From the NCBI GenBank assembly GCA_000004985.1, contig GG738926.1: a stretch of 64,000 nucleotides of DNA, one strand, 5' to 3'. This stretch comes from Naegleria gruberi. Taxonomy: Eukaryota. Below are positions 11,275-22,429 of the stretch, one piece after another. A program made the position numbers and the translations under genes. The notes beneath the pieces were generated by a model. The model was not told where the DNA came from, ran no database searches, and saw nothing but the letters and a program-made list of their open reading frames with translations. Within the stretch, counting starts at the first letter, position 1. The number at the start of each line of letters is the position of its first letter.

Positions 11275-11970
11275 TTATTTCTTATTATTATTAATGTCAC
11301 TAAATTCATAGATTCCATTTCCATATTGTGCCATTTCTTGCATGTTAGGTGCAGAACCTGACCCAATTCCAGTAAAATGGAATGCATCTCTAATAGATTT
11401 AAAGGCATCAACAGAGCTGATATCCTGAATATGACCATCACACATAATCAAAATATTTTCAATCTTTGGAAATTTCCTAAAAGTTTGGTTTAGGGCTTGT
11501 TTAAGCAAAGTATTACCCAATAATGGAACTGACCACACATTAAGAAATTGGTTTAGAGCATCCAAATCAGTAGGTTCAATTGTGTCTCCGTGTTTAAACC
11601 ACTCAGTTGTAGATCCCCATAAGGCAATGGAAATTTTTAGATCTCCAGTATTAAACGCCTTGGATTGAACAAAATTATTAAAACAATCAATTAAAGTTTT
11701 GAAAGGAGATCCTTTCATTGATACGGAAGCATCACCCAGAATAACAATCTGGCCCTCTTCAATGATAGATGATCCAGCAAGTTTTGAATTCTTACTGGTT
11801 GTCTTGAGAGAGGTATTGATTTTCAAAGCATCTGCTCTAGTGGTCACTTGAGCTGGTTCAATAATCTTTGAATTCACCTCGATACCAAAAGAAGGTATTT
11901 TCCTTTGGAACATTGTGCTTTGAGCGTTTAATATTGGTTCTGGCATCAGGTTATTATGATTATGATCCAT
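11275..11970 (-). CDS. von Willebrand factor type A (vWA) domain protein with no signal peptide, so probably intracellular
   Basis: ATG at 11970 (MDHNHNN). MIDAS-like DxSxS motif in IVILGDASVSMKG. Overall vWA-like α/β alternation. Single exon, 231 aa. Confidence 0.6.
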   Translation of the reverse strand: MDHNHNNLMPEPILNAQSTMFQRKIPSFGIEVNSKIIEPAQVTTRADALKINTSLKTTSKNSKLAGSSIIEEGQIVILGDASVSMKGSPFKTLIDCFNNFVQSKAFNTGDLKISIALWGSTTEWFKHGDTIEPTDLDALNQFLNVWSVPLLGNTLLKQALNQTFRKFPKIENILIMCDGHIQDISSVDAFKSIRDAFHFTGIGSGSAPNMQEMAQYGNGIYEFSDINNNKK

Positions 11971-12037
11971 GGACCTACTACTTACTTTTCAGCATCTTTG
12001 TTCTTCTTGTCAATGTCTTCTACGTTGTTCTTGACAG

Positions 12038-12322
12038 CTACAGTTGCAAAGACATCATCAAGTTGGAGATCTTTGAGCTGTTAGAACCCTCTCCACTTTT
12101 AAACTTTTCCTGCATAGCTTTAATGCTACCTCTTCTTTTTGACAATTCAGTTACTTCCTCTCTTTCCTTGGTAATTGGACTGCTTGAAGTAGAAGCAATC
12201 AAAGGAACTTGAAGTAATGATGGCCTGACTGGAGTCCTCAAATACTTTTGATCAGTTTCATTGCTTGGCTTTTTCTCAAATTGTTGGGAAAGATTTTTAA
12301 CACTGTTTGTTGTTGGTATCAT
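12038..12322 (-). CDS. Small hypothetical ORF (94 aa), Ser/Lys-rich. An in-frame TAG precedes the only nearby GTAAGT, so I keep it separate from the vWA gene
   Basis: ATG at 12322 and stop at 12038-12040. Low-complexity composition. May be a genuine small protein or part of a UTR. Confidence 0.25.
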   Translation of the reverse strand: MIPTTNSVKNLSQQFEKKPSNETDQKYLRTPVRPSLLQVPLIASTSSSPITKEREEVTELSKRRGSIKAMQEKFKSGEGSNSSKISNLMMSLQL

Positions 12323-13165
12323 GTTAGAGTTGATTTTTTTTGATCATTATTTTCCATGACAGCAAGTCAAATGAAAGAATTTCAAATAATTATTGTAAAC
12401 TGATTTTTTAGCAAATTTGCACCAACCTACCCTGTTTGATGGAAAAGAGCAACCAATCCCCAAACAGAAATAAATCAAACATGTCTATGCTGACCTTATT
12501 TCATAATTTTCTGGAAACTAAAGGCAAGAAATAGTACTCTAGTACCGATAATAATTCTTTACAATCTTTTACTACAGTTTTCATGTCAAATCACCTGATA
12601 AATTTATCAACCATGTTCCATTCCGACCAAATTGTAATCCAACATCTCAGTTCTTGAGTGAGTAAAGGAGTTGTTCGCGAAAATTAAATTGATGATGGAA
12701 AGCAAGAAAGGATGCTAAATATTCTATTATACTATTACGAATATTCTTGTTGTTATTGGCTGATAATTTATTATTAATCTCCATTGAATATTATTCTTGA
12801 TGATGAATTTAAAATCCAAGGAAGGCTTCCGAACAACATGTTTTTTCTTGATTGTTGCGCTTTCATTTTCCGTTACAAATTTGCAAATAAAAAATATTTC
12901 AAAATTAAAATCACTGATGATGAAGCCATCAATTATTTCAAATAATACTTGTATCTATTCCGTACAGTAATGATGATGAAACTGGCCAAAACTCTAGAAA
13001 GCCAGGAAGATCGGATTTTTTACTGTTAGCATTCTTCCGAACCTTCCTTTCTCTAAGCCTTCCTTTTTTCAACACCATCACAAAGCCTTGTTATAATAAT
13101 TTAATAATTTGCAACGTTTATTCATCATCAAATTCCTTACTTTCAAAGCCATGAATCTTCATTCA

Positions 13166-13345
13166 GGCAACAAACCTTCCTCCTTTATCACAACAATTAA
13201 TCATCAATTCTACAACATATGATCTTATATTCAATTGTTCATAGATGAAATAATTGCCCTTCATCACAAAAATTAATCATATCAATTCTACAACTTGTGA
13301 TCTTATATTAAATTGTTCATAGATGAAATAATTGATCAGCCTCGG
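13166..13345. repeat. Tandem duplication of a ~90-bp unit, about 450 bp upstream of the pyruvate carboxylase start
   Basis: Unit 1 ~13166..13255 (cctttatcacaacaattaatcatcaattctacaacatatgatcttatattcaattgttcatagatgaaataattg). Unit 2 ~13258..13345 (ccttcatcacaaaaattaatcatatcaattctacaacttgtgatcttatattaaattgttcatagatgaaataattg). Identity ~90%. Confidence 0.6.
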
Positions 13346-13795
13346 CAAATTAGATTAGTCCCCACCTTCACAATGGCATAAACAATCTCATCATTAGCAA
13401 CCAACTTTCTATTATGTTGCAAAAGGGCCTGAAAAAGATCTTGAAAATTCGCGAAAGATTTTCGCTTATTTTTACAATGAACACTCGATTCGGATTTTTG
13501 AGGAGAATAACAAGCAAGAAATTGAGCGAGTACAGAGATAAGCTATTTTGTAAACTCGAGTTGTCTGTATTGGTTGGCGACTTTTAGGATTAATTTGGCC
13601 AGTAGGAAGTGTTCACCTACTCTCTCTCTTTCCACAACTGCAGTTGTTGTTGTGAAAACATTTCACAAACAAAAAAACACAACGAAAACACACTTGTCAA
13701 TTTGTTGCTGTTGATCAAAGAATTTCAAATTTTGTAAAATAGGTAAGCTAATTTGAAAAGAGCTTCTTGAGATTTATAATTTGATCAAACTATTT

Positions 13796-16700
13796 ATGAA
13801 ACCAAACACCAATGTGGATCATTATCAAAAAAAGGACCACATCAAGTCAATCACAACAAGAATGAAGAAAGTTTGTTTATCCAAGTCAACTTCATCCTCT
13901 ACCTCTGCCAAACTCAATTTTGCTATTCAAAAGCATAAGAAGAATGGTAATTCATCTTCAATCTTTAACAGATCTACTCCAATTTCCTTCTCCAACACTG
14001 ACTATATTCAACAATTATATCGTCAATATGGAACCACAAGAATCTCCTTGAAGGAATTTGAAAAGTTGCTTGTGGCCAACAGAGGTGAAATTGCCACGAG
14101 AATTTTACGTTCTGCCCACGAAATTGGTTGCAGAACTGTTTCGATTTATGCAAAACAAGATGCTTCCTCTGTGCATCGTTACAAAGCAGATGGTAAGTTG
14201 TTTTATTTGAATATGTTATTATAATAATTGATCGTATTTTGTAATAATATTTGATGAAATAATTGTAAAAATTCCGATCAATAGAAAGTTACTTGATCGG
14301 AAAGGACAAGGAATTAGGTCCAGTTGAAGCTTACTTGAGCATTGATGAGATTATTAAAATTGCCAAGGAGAATGGAGTTGATGCCATTCACCCTGGTTAT
14401 GGATTTCTTTCAGAGAGAGCTGATTTTGCACGTGCTTGTTCTGAAAATGGTATTCAATTCATTGGTCCAGTAAGTATTTCATGTGATTGCAATAATATAT
14501 TTAACAAATTGTTGGTAGACTGCTGATGTTGTTGAATCTTTTGGTGACAAGACAAGAGCTAGAAAGGTTGCTACTGATATTGGAATTCCTGTTGTTCCTG
14601 GAACTCCAACTGTAAGTATTCTATACTTCTTTAATCCTTAATCGATTGTAAATTATTCAAATAACTTATGTTCATTCCTATTTATAATGAACTTGTCCAA
14701 TTGACCAAAATATTAAGGCAGTAACAAGTATTGCAGAAGCCAAAACCTTCTGCTCCCAAATTTCCTTCCCAGTCATTTTGAAAGCTGCCATGGGAGGTGG
14801 TGGAAGAGGTATGAGAGTTGTTTCCAAAATGGAAGATTTAGAAGAAGCATTCCAAAGAGCTTCCTCTGAAGCTTTGAATGCTTTTGGTTCTTCAGCAATT
14901 TTCATTGAAAAGTTTGTTGAAAAGCCACGTCACATTGAGGTTCAAATCTTGGCCGATAAGTTTGGAAATGTTGTTCACTTGTACGAAAGAGATTGTTCAG
15001 TGCAAAGAAGACATCAAAAAGTTGTTGAAATTGCTCCAGCTCCACATTTGAATCCTCAAGTGAGAGAAAAGATTTTGGCTGATGCTGTTCGTCTTGCTCG
15101 CCACGTCAAGTATCAAAATGCAGGAACATTTGAGTTTTTAGTCGATTCTAATGGAAAGGATTATTACTTTATTGAAGTCAATCCACGTCTTCAAGTCGAA
15201 CACACTGTTACTGAAGAAATTACAGGTGTTGACATTGTCCGTTCTCAAATCTTAATTGCCGAAGGAAAGAGTTTGGACGAAATTGGTTTAAAACAAGAAA
15301 GCATTTCAGTCAGAGGTTCTGCCATTCAATGTAGAGTTACCACTGAAGATCCATTGAATGGATTCCAACCAGATACTGGTGTATTGGAAGCTTTCAGAAC
15401 TGGTGAAGGTATGGGTATTCGTTTGGATATTGGTTCTGGTTATGTTGGATCAAAGGTTTGTTTTTTTAACACTTTACAAAATATTTAATTCTTCTCGTTC
15501 TTTCACATCAATAGATTACACCATTCTATGATTCGCTCCTTGTCAAGGTCATTGGTAAAGGTCTCACTCATGAAGAAGCTTCCAACAAATTGAGACGTGC
15601 CTTGGCTGAATTCAGAATTCGTGGTGTCAAACACAATATTCCATTCTTGCAAAAGGTCTTATCTCATGAAAAGTTCTTAAATGGTTATGTTGACACCTCA
15701 TTCATTGATACTAACCCAGAACTCTTCCAATTCTCATCCAGTGGTAACAGAGCTCAAAAGCTCTTATCATTCTTGGCTGAAAATGTTGTCAATGGACCAA
15801 CTACATTACTCGTCACTGATTTGGAACCATCCAAGAAGAATCCAACTGTTCCAAAGACACCTACTGGTGCTCCTCCACGTGGCTGGAAACAAGTTCTCGA
15901 TGAACAAGGTCCTGAAGCATTTGCAAAGGCCATTCGTGATAGAAGTGAATTGCTCATTACTGACACAACCATGAGAGATGCTCACCAAAGTTTATTGGCA
16001 ACTCGTGTCAGAACCAGAGATTTAATGTCTATTGCTCCATATACTGCTCACGCCATGTCAGATTGTCTTTCATTGGAAATGGGAGGTGGTGCAACCTTTG
16101 ATGTTTGTTTGAACTTTTTGAGAGAATGTCCATTCGAAAGATTGGCTAAGTTGAGAGAAGCCATTCCTAACATTCCATTCCAAATGTTATTCAGAGGTGC
16201 AAATGCTGTTGGTTACACTGCTTATCCAGATAATGTTGTTTACAAATATTGTAAGAAAACAGTTGAACATGGTATGGACATTTTCAGAATCTTTGACTCA
16301 TTGAACTATGTTCCAAATATGGAGTTGGGTATTGATGCTGTTGGTAGCGCTGGTGGCGTTATTGAAGCAGCCATTAGTTATACAGGAGATGTCAGTGATC
16401 CTAAAAAGTCCAAGTATAATTTGGAATATTATTTGAAAGTTGCCAGATCACTTGTTGAAAAGGGAGTTCACATTTTGTGTATCAAAGACATGGCTGGTTT
16501 GTTGAGACCTAGTGCAGCAACCTTATTGATTGGTGCTTTGAGAAAGGAATTCCCACACATTCCAATTCATCTTCACACTCACGATACTGCAGGAACTGGT
16601 GTTGCTACTTTATTGGCAGCTGCTGAAGCTGGTGCTGATATTGTTGACGCTGCTATTGATAGCATGTCAGGATTGACTAGTCAACCTAGTTTGGGAGCTA

Positions 16701-17871
16701 TTGTTGCTTCATTGAAGAACACTCCATTGGATACTAAATTGGATTTGGGTAAACTCTCCAAAGTTTCTGATTATTGGGAACAAGCCAGAGGATTGTATGC
16801 TCCATTCGAATGTACTACTACTTTGCGTTCTGGTTCTAGTGATGTTTATGTCCATGAAATTCCAGGAGGTCAATATACCAATTTGAATGCTCAAGTTTAT
16901 TCCATCAATGGTTCACTTGGTAAGTTTAATTTTTTTACTTTCTAATAGCTAATTATTGTTTTTTTAAATATGAATATAATTTCAGATGGATTCCCTAAGG
17001 TTAAGGAATCATATGAAATTGCCAATAGATTATTGGGAGATATCATCAAGGTCACACCAAGTAGTAAGGTTGTCGGTGATTTGGCTCAATTCATGGTTCA
17101 AAACAACTTGGCTGAAAAGGATGTTATTGAAAAGGCCGATCAATTGTCATTCCCTAACTCTGTTCTCGAATATTTTGAAGTAAATTGGGTATTCCATATG
17201 GTGGTTTCCCAGAACCTTTGAGAACCAAGGTTATGAGAGGAAAACCATCCATTGAAGGAAGACCAGGTGCTAGCATGCCAGATTTTGACTTTGTCAAGTT
17301 GAAGGACAAGTTGAAGAAGGATTTGGATTATGATGCCTCTGAAGAAGATTTGATTTCTTCATCTCTCTTCCCAAAGGTATTTGAGGAATATGTTCAATTC
17401 AAACAACAATATGGTGAGGTCACTAATTTGGGAACTCGTCAATACTTTAAGGGAATTAAAGTTGGTGAAGAAACTGAAGTTGAATTAGAAAAGGGTAAAG
17501 TCTTACATATCAAATTGAAGGCCATTGGAGAAGTTGGAAGTGATGGTAAGAGAGAAGTTTTCTTTGAAGTAAATGGTCAATCACGTCTTGTTTTGGTTCA
17601 AGATAAGAAACTCTCCAAGACTATTCAAATCAGATCAAAGGCCAATAAGAAGGATCCAAATGAAATTGGAGCACCAATGCCAGGTAAAGTTATTGACATT
17701 AAAGTCAAGGAAGGTGATAAGGTCAAGAAGGGAGATACTTTATTGGTCCAAAGTGCCATGAAGATGGAAACTCAAGTCAAGTGTAACTTTGATGGTATTA
17801 TCAAATCACTTGGTGTTAAGGTTGGTGATGAAGTTCAAGGTGGAGATTTGTTATGTATTGTTTCTCAATAA
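13796..17871 (+). CDS. PC: Pyruvate carboxylase (biotin carboxylase + carboxyltransferase + biotinyl/lipoyl domains); six exons with an apparent 1-bp frameshift in the last one
   Basis: Exons: 13796..14192, 14285..14469, 14519..14611, 14718..15455, 15515..16919, 16986..17871. All introns are GTAAGT/GTTTGT…AG, 49–106 nt. Collinear with established pyruvate carboxylases. Motifs: [85 protein letters not shown] (carboxyltransferase), [18 protein letters not shown] (biotinyl-Lys). The N-terminus is a basic/Ser-rich presequence-like region. Expected GAA GGT AAA TTG reads GAA G-TA AAT TGG around 17180, which is one G short. Confidence 0.9.
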
Positions 17872-17888
17872 ATTATTATTATCTTTCG

Positions 17889-19301
17889 TTAAAATTGGCT
17901 TGACTGGAGCAAATTTGTCTTACATCGACTTGATATTTCAGAATACATTTCAGAATACCAACTTTCTGGCAGGGCACCTTGGAGAGCCATTTTGTTCATC
18001 AGTTCGGTATCATCCAAATATTTCAAATTTCCCAATCCAAATAATTGTTCTTTTCGTTGATTGAATTCTTGTTGTGAGAAACGCCACATGAAACCCTTCT
18101 CCCTGGCCAAGTTTACAAAGAAATAATCGTCAATGAGTGAGGGATGGACATATCTCAGAACTGCAATGTTTTCCTGAACTAATTCTTTGACTAGCTCTAG
18201 ATTAGTTTGAAGCTCTTCGGAGGCGTATTCAATTGAGCGAGGTTGATTTTTGACAGCCTCTGTGAGGATTTCAAAGTTATTGATAATTTTTGGATAGGAT
18301 TTTAGATATTTCAAAATCAAGCCATTAATGGAGGCAAATCTTAATATGAGATCAGGAGATCTCTTAACTTTTCTATGAACAAATTCGAATAATCTGATAT
18401 CCTTTCGAATAACATATTCTATAATATCCAAATCCCTTTTAATGAATCCAGGAGCAACTCTGAAAGCTTGAGGATTGACCATTATCAACCTACGCATAAA
18501 TCTTCCACTATTTCTGAGTTTCTTTGAAATACTTGGCACTAAACCAGGAGACAACACACAAGCCATGTGTATAATTTCTCTATCTTCTGAAAATTCAGAT
18601 AAAATAATTTCCAAAAATGTTTTACACGACCCAATCAATTGTGTGTAATTTTCCATGATTTTCAGAATGAGATCTCTATTATCCTCAATGAAAAATTCAA
18701 CAGGTATATATGAAATAGCCTTTGGATATTGTCTCAATAGTTCCATTACAATATCTGGATCGAAGGAGAAAGGTTTCGGCAGTGAGAAATAATTAATGGC
18801 ATCATGGCAGACCAATTGTAAAGCATCCAATCTCTTAATGGACTTGTTTTTGAGAGGTTTCACTGTAATGGGACGATCCATAAATATCTTTTCAAGGTTA
18901 ATTTCATCAGTGATAATTTGAAATTGTTGAATGGCAGGTGAATTTCTAAACAATTTACTGACAGCTCGCTGGATTTCAGGACTGAGTGCATAATTATATG
19001 TAAAATAGTCATGAGTAGTGAAAAACTTGGCCAGGAATGTAAAACTCTTCGAATACTCAATTGGAATGTAATCATAATCTCTCGACATGTCCTTCCAAAA
19101 TTTTCTGGGAAGAGAAAACTTCTCTCGGAGCCAACTAAATTGTTCCGAATACTTTTCCTGACAAAAATCTATAAGTATAACAACTGTAGAATAATCAGTG
19201 TTATTCCCAACCGATGCCGATGAAGAATATTTGGTAAATTTGGTCGACGGTTGGAATTCGTTTTTTTCGAGTTGATTTTCTGCTGTTCGCTTTTTGTGCA
19301 T
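17889..19301 (-). CDS. Repeat-containing protein with DUF4116-like repeats (tentative); basic N-terminus
   Basis: Likely ATG at 19301 (MHKKRTAENQ…); the caller's TTG is at 19358. Recurrent ~35-aa units with A..NP.A..Y...E...D.E.. spacing, for example IMVNPQAFRVAPGFIKRDLDIIEYVIRKDIRLFEFV and AVKNQPRSIEYASEELQTNLELVKELVQENIAVLRYV. Family assignment is from memory and is uncertain. Confidence 0.45.
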   Translation of the reverse strand: MHKKRTAENQLEKNEFQPSTKFTKYSSSASVGNNTDYSTVVILIDFCQEKYSEQFSWLREKFSLPRKFWKDMSRDYDYIPIEYSKSFTFLAKFFTTHDYFTYNYALSPEIQRAVSKLFRNSPAIQQFQIITDEINLEKIFMDRPITVKPLKNKSIKRLDALQLVCHDAINYFSLPKPFSFDPDIVMELLRQYPKAISYIPVEFFIEDNRDLILKIMENYTQLIGSCKTFLEIILSEFSEDREIIHMACVLSPGLVPSISKKLRNSGRFMRRLIMVNPQAFRVAPGFIKRDLDIIEYVIRKDIRLFEFVHRKVKRSPDLILRFASINGLILKYLKSYPKIINNFEILTEAVKNQPRSIEYASEELQTNLELVKELVQENIAVLRYVHPSLIDDYFFVNLAREKGFMWRFSQQEFNQRKEQLFGLGNLKYLDDTELMNKMALQGALPESWYSEMYSEISSRCKTNLLQSSQF

Positions 19302-19470
19302 TTTTTTGGTTTTTTTTGGAATTTTGTTTTGTTTGAAGGTTTGCAGAAAATTTTGCAAAACTCAAATTGTCAATAATCAAATGAATTAATGAAGAAATAA
19401 TTGATTTTAAAATCATGGAGTTGTAGATATTTGTGTAACTTAAAGATTGAATGCAAAAAATCTTGGTGGT

Positions 19471-19923
19471 TTATTGCTTGGTATTGAGTAATGCAACCAT
19501 GAATGTCCAAGCAACTTTTGTGGCCACAGTCAACCCATTAGTGCCAAAGAAATACCACAAAATCAGCCCAAGAATTGAACAATAGAGAATAATTCTCCAA
19601 ACAACAAATCCAACCATTTTAAAAAACAATCTTCTCATCAAACTAACTATTGGCTCAATAACAATTTTGGCAGATCTCAAAAACTTGAATGTCAACCTAG
19701 TGTTGATGTTTTCCATTGCATTCTTTGCATTTTCTTTTTGAGCTGGTTCTGAGAATCGACGTAAGCTAGAGGAAAATTGATAGTGTTGAGGCAATGAACT
19801 GAATTTTGTAAAGGAAATCAACTTTTTGGATGAAATCAAACCAATCAAAGATGATTTTTGATTGTGGGAAGCAAATCTTGACCGTGTGAATAAAGAACGA
19901 CTTGGTTTAAAGTGTGAAAGCAT
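19471..19923 (-). CDS. Small membrane protein, paralogue A: presequence-like S/R/K-rich N-terminus and two C-terminal TM helices
   Basis: ATG at 19923 (MLSHFKPSRSLF…). The C-terminus MVGFVVWRIILYCSILGLILWYFFGTNGLTVATKVAWTFMVALL aligns with the 20129..20614 product. Confidence 0.5.
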   Translation of the reverse strand: MLSHFKPSRSLFTRSRFASHNQKSSLIGLISSKKLISFTKFSSLPQHYQFSSSLRRFSEPAQKENAKNAMENINTRLTFKFLRSAKIVIEPIVSLMRRLFFKMVGFVVWRIILYCSILGLILWYFFGTNGLTVATKVAWTFMVALLNTKQ

Positions 19924-20128
19924 TTTTTTGATTCTTGTTTTTCTGGATCTTTTAAATACAGAGCTCAATCAAATAGAAGCAAATTGATTGAATTTTACAA
20001 AAAACTTGCTTTCCAGGAGTTTTTAAAGGAATAGAAATTTATCTTTACAGGAATGATCACAGCTCTCAACATTTTGTCCACATAAGCTGATGAAAGAAGG
20101 AAACAACCACAAAAATTGATTGGAAACT

Positions 20129-20614
20129 TTATTTACTTTCCTTTTCATTCTTGGCATCACCAGATGCAGTGAAAATGGCCACAATAAACACCCATGCCAA
20201 TGTCAATGCCGTCGTCACACCAGAACTTCCAAAATAAAACCAAACAATGCAAAGAATTGGCACCACAAATATCAACAATCTCCACAATATCATTGAGGCC
20301 ATTTCCTCCAAGAATTCTCCAATAAATTCCATAACATTTCTAATGAATGATTTCTTTTCCTCTCGAGGCACAGCAGCATCCTTATTTTCATCAACATTGG
20401 TTGGTTTTTCAGCTGCCTGATTTCTCCTTATAATTGATGAAGAAAATTGACGATTCGGATTGATTAATGATTGAATATTTGCCAATCTTTTAAAAATTGA
20501 TTTAAATTGCTGCTGATGATGATTATAATGACATAATCTCATGGAAGCCGAAGCAGTAACAGAGGATGAAGATAACAATGATGATGGAAATTTAGTGGTG
20601 AGCTTTCGCAACAT
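20129..20614 (-). CDS. Small membrane protein, paralogue B: mitochondrial-presequence-like N-terminus and two C-terminal TM helices
   Basis: ATG at 20614 (MLRKLTTKFPSSLLSSSSVTASASMRL…). The C-terminus MASMILWRLLIFVVPILCIVWFYFGSSGVTTALTLAWVFIVAIF shares the WR(L/I)(L/I)..C..(V/L)W(F/Y)(Y/F)FG(S/T).G(V/L)T.A...AW.F(I/M)VA pattern with paralogue A. Confidence 0.55.
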   Translation of the reverse strand: MLRKLTTKFPSSLLSSSSVTASASMRLCHYNHHQQQFKSIFKRLANIQSLINPNRQFSSSIIRRNQAAEKPTNVDENKDAAVPREEKKSFIRNVMEFIGEFLEEMASMILWRLLIFVVPILCIVWFYFGSSGVTTALTLAWVFIVAIFTASGDAKNEKESK

Positions 20615-21028
20615 TTTTTTTTATTAATAATTTTCTCTGATTTTTGATATTTCCAATTGAAATCAAATAAAAGCGAGCTTTGTTATTGGAACTTGTTTTA
20701 ACGAAGCAATTCAATCAATAAAGTTGGGAATTGCAAAGTTAAAATGTAACCAATCAATTTCCTTTGAAAAATTGCTCCACTTTTTACTGGAATTGTAGTT
20801 CACATTTCACAATGATATGAATATTTTACAATAAGAGTTACCAGTATGCTGCAGAGAACACAATATTAATTATTGCTACATTTACAATTTTAAATGGTGG
20901 GTAAAAGGAAATTTGTTTCGCTGTTTCATCATTCAATTGTCAAGGAAATATCATTTGTTGTGTAACAATCTCATAATAATATTGCCAATATGACCACAGC
21001 CAACAAATAGCATTTCCAATAACAAAAA

Positions 21029-21595
21029 ATGTCCAAAGTTGCTTTTACCATTGTCCTTGCCGATCAAAAAGCTGGCTACGCCAATGAAAACGTTGCTGGT
21101 AACTTGTTCAGTGAGCATGGCTTTACCAGTGCAGGCTATTACGACACTTTGCTAATTTCACAAAATAACATTCAACAATTAATGATGAATGCCATTACAA
21201 GAAAGATGGAGCAAGTATTCATCTATTTTTATGGACCATCCAATGGATTAACCTTGCCATTACTCAATAATCCACCTCTGGATGTTCAATTCTTTGAACA
21301 ATTATTTACTCAATTCCCAAAAATCAAATTTACCATCATTTTGGACACTCATGATGGTTCAAAGGAAATTTTAGAGTATTTCACACAAAATAAGGCCAAT
21401 ATTCCAGCTTTATTTACCATTTTGGGAACCAATACACATGTTAAAAAACCAGGTTTTCTTCAAACATTTGCTGAAGAATTGAACAAACTCAAAACTCCAC
21501 ACGAAAAGAGAAAGGAAGCATTCAATATTTTCAGGCAAGTGACAAAAGGAGAGGTTGTTTCCAATCATGATGGACATTTCCTTGCAGACAAATAA
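21029..21595 (+). CDS. Hypothetical protein (188 aa)
   Basis: ATG at 21029, clean single ORF with coding-like composition. No motifs recognised. Confidence 0.45.
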   Translation: MSKVAFTIVLADQKAGYANENVAGNLFSEHGFTSAGYYDTLLISQNNIQQLMMNAITRKMEQVFIYFYGPSNGLTLPLLNNPPLDVQFFEQLFTQFPKIKFTIILDTHDGSKEILEYFTQNKANIPALFTILGTNTHVKKPGFLQTFAEELNKLKTPHEKRKEAFNIFRQVTKGEVVSNHDGHFLADK

Positions 21596-21657
21596 ACAAG
21601 TGAATTTTCTTGTGCAAAACTCTGGTAATAAAATCTTTGGATGGCTCGCCACGTTTA

Positions 21658-21728
21658 CCGTCTCGGGAGGAATCGAACCTCCGTCAATGGATTCAAAGTC
21701 CACTATGCTACCATTACACCACGAGACG
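21658..21728 (-). tRNA. tRNA-Gln (anticodon UUG)
   Basis: The reverse complement folds as a cloverleaf: CGTCTCG / TG / GTGT-AATGGTA-GCAT / A / GTGGA-CTTTGAA-TCCAT / TGAC / GGAGG-TTCGATT-CCTCC / CGAGACG / G. Anticodon loop CTTTGAA gives TTG. T-loop is TTCGATT. Architecture matches a canonical eukaryotic tRNA-Gln(UUG). ORF 21555..21743 overlapping it is spurious. Confidence 0.8.
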
Positions 21729-22429
21729 AGCACATTAATTTGAGAACCTTAATGGATATTGAGGAATCAAAACAAAGTTTTCGTTGAATTCAACAACACA
21801 CACATTGATGAGGGATTGACAGCTTTATCGGATATGATGTGGATGGAATGTTGGTTGTACTTTTCCGGTAGAAGGAATTAATTATTCTTGAAGGATATTG
21901 TTAATACGGTGGTTGTCGCTTCTTGTTGAACGTAACTGGAGTGTTTAAATAATGTTGTTTTTCAAAAGATGAATCACACTCATCCACTAATTATTGTTTT
22001 GTTACCATCATCATTAAAATTCATCTCGATGCATTAACGATATTTTTTAAAATATTAAAAAAATCTTCACAATACGTCCACATATTTATTATTAATATCA
22101 TCTTTGTTGTATCATCATGTAACAGATCTACAGAAAAATTAAGGAAGAGGGATTAGAATTTTGAGAGATTCGCTATGGGTCAATCATCATGAACAGAATC
22201 TTTTGGCTCATTCGGATTTCCAACATCAAGCATCATAGCTTTGCCTCAATAACAATGAAGAAAAGAGAGTACAAAAAAAGAAGTTTAAAGGTCCTTATGC
22301 CGCCTAATACCTCCGACTAACTAGGAAAATTAGAAAATACTAGATTAACTCTTCAAGCAACCTGGAACAATCAATCAAACAACCTAACAAAAAAAAAGAT
22401 AATCACAGTTGACCTGCTCATCATCTAGA

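Noticed and set aside
11971-12037. Possible intron joining ORF 12038..12322 to the vWA gene (GTAAGTAGTAG on the minus strand)
   Set aside because: The candidate intron would be 11 nt. The upstream ORF hits an in-frame TAG ~50 nt before the GTAAGT. No phase-compatible junction exists, so I treated them as separate.
21555-21743. ORF overlapping tRNA-Gln, and ORF 34978..35256(-) overlapping tRNA-Lys copy A
   Set aside because: The sequence is fully explained by canonical tRNA cloverleaves. The ORFs begin at alternative start codons and have no coding features.
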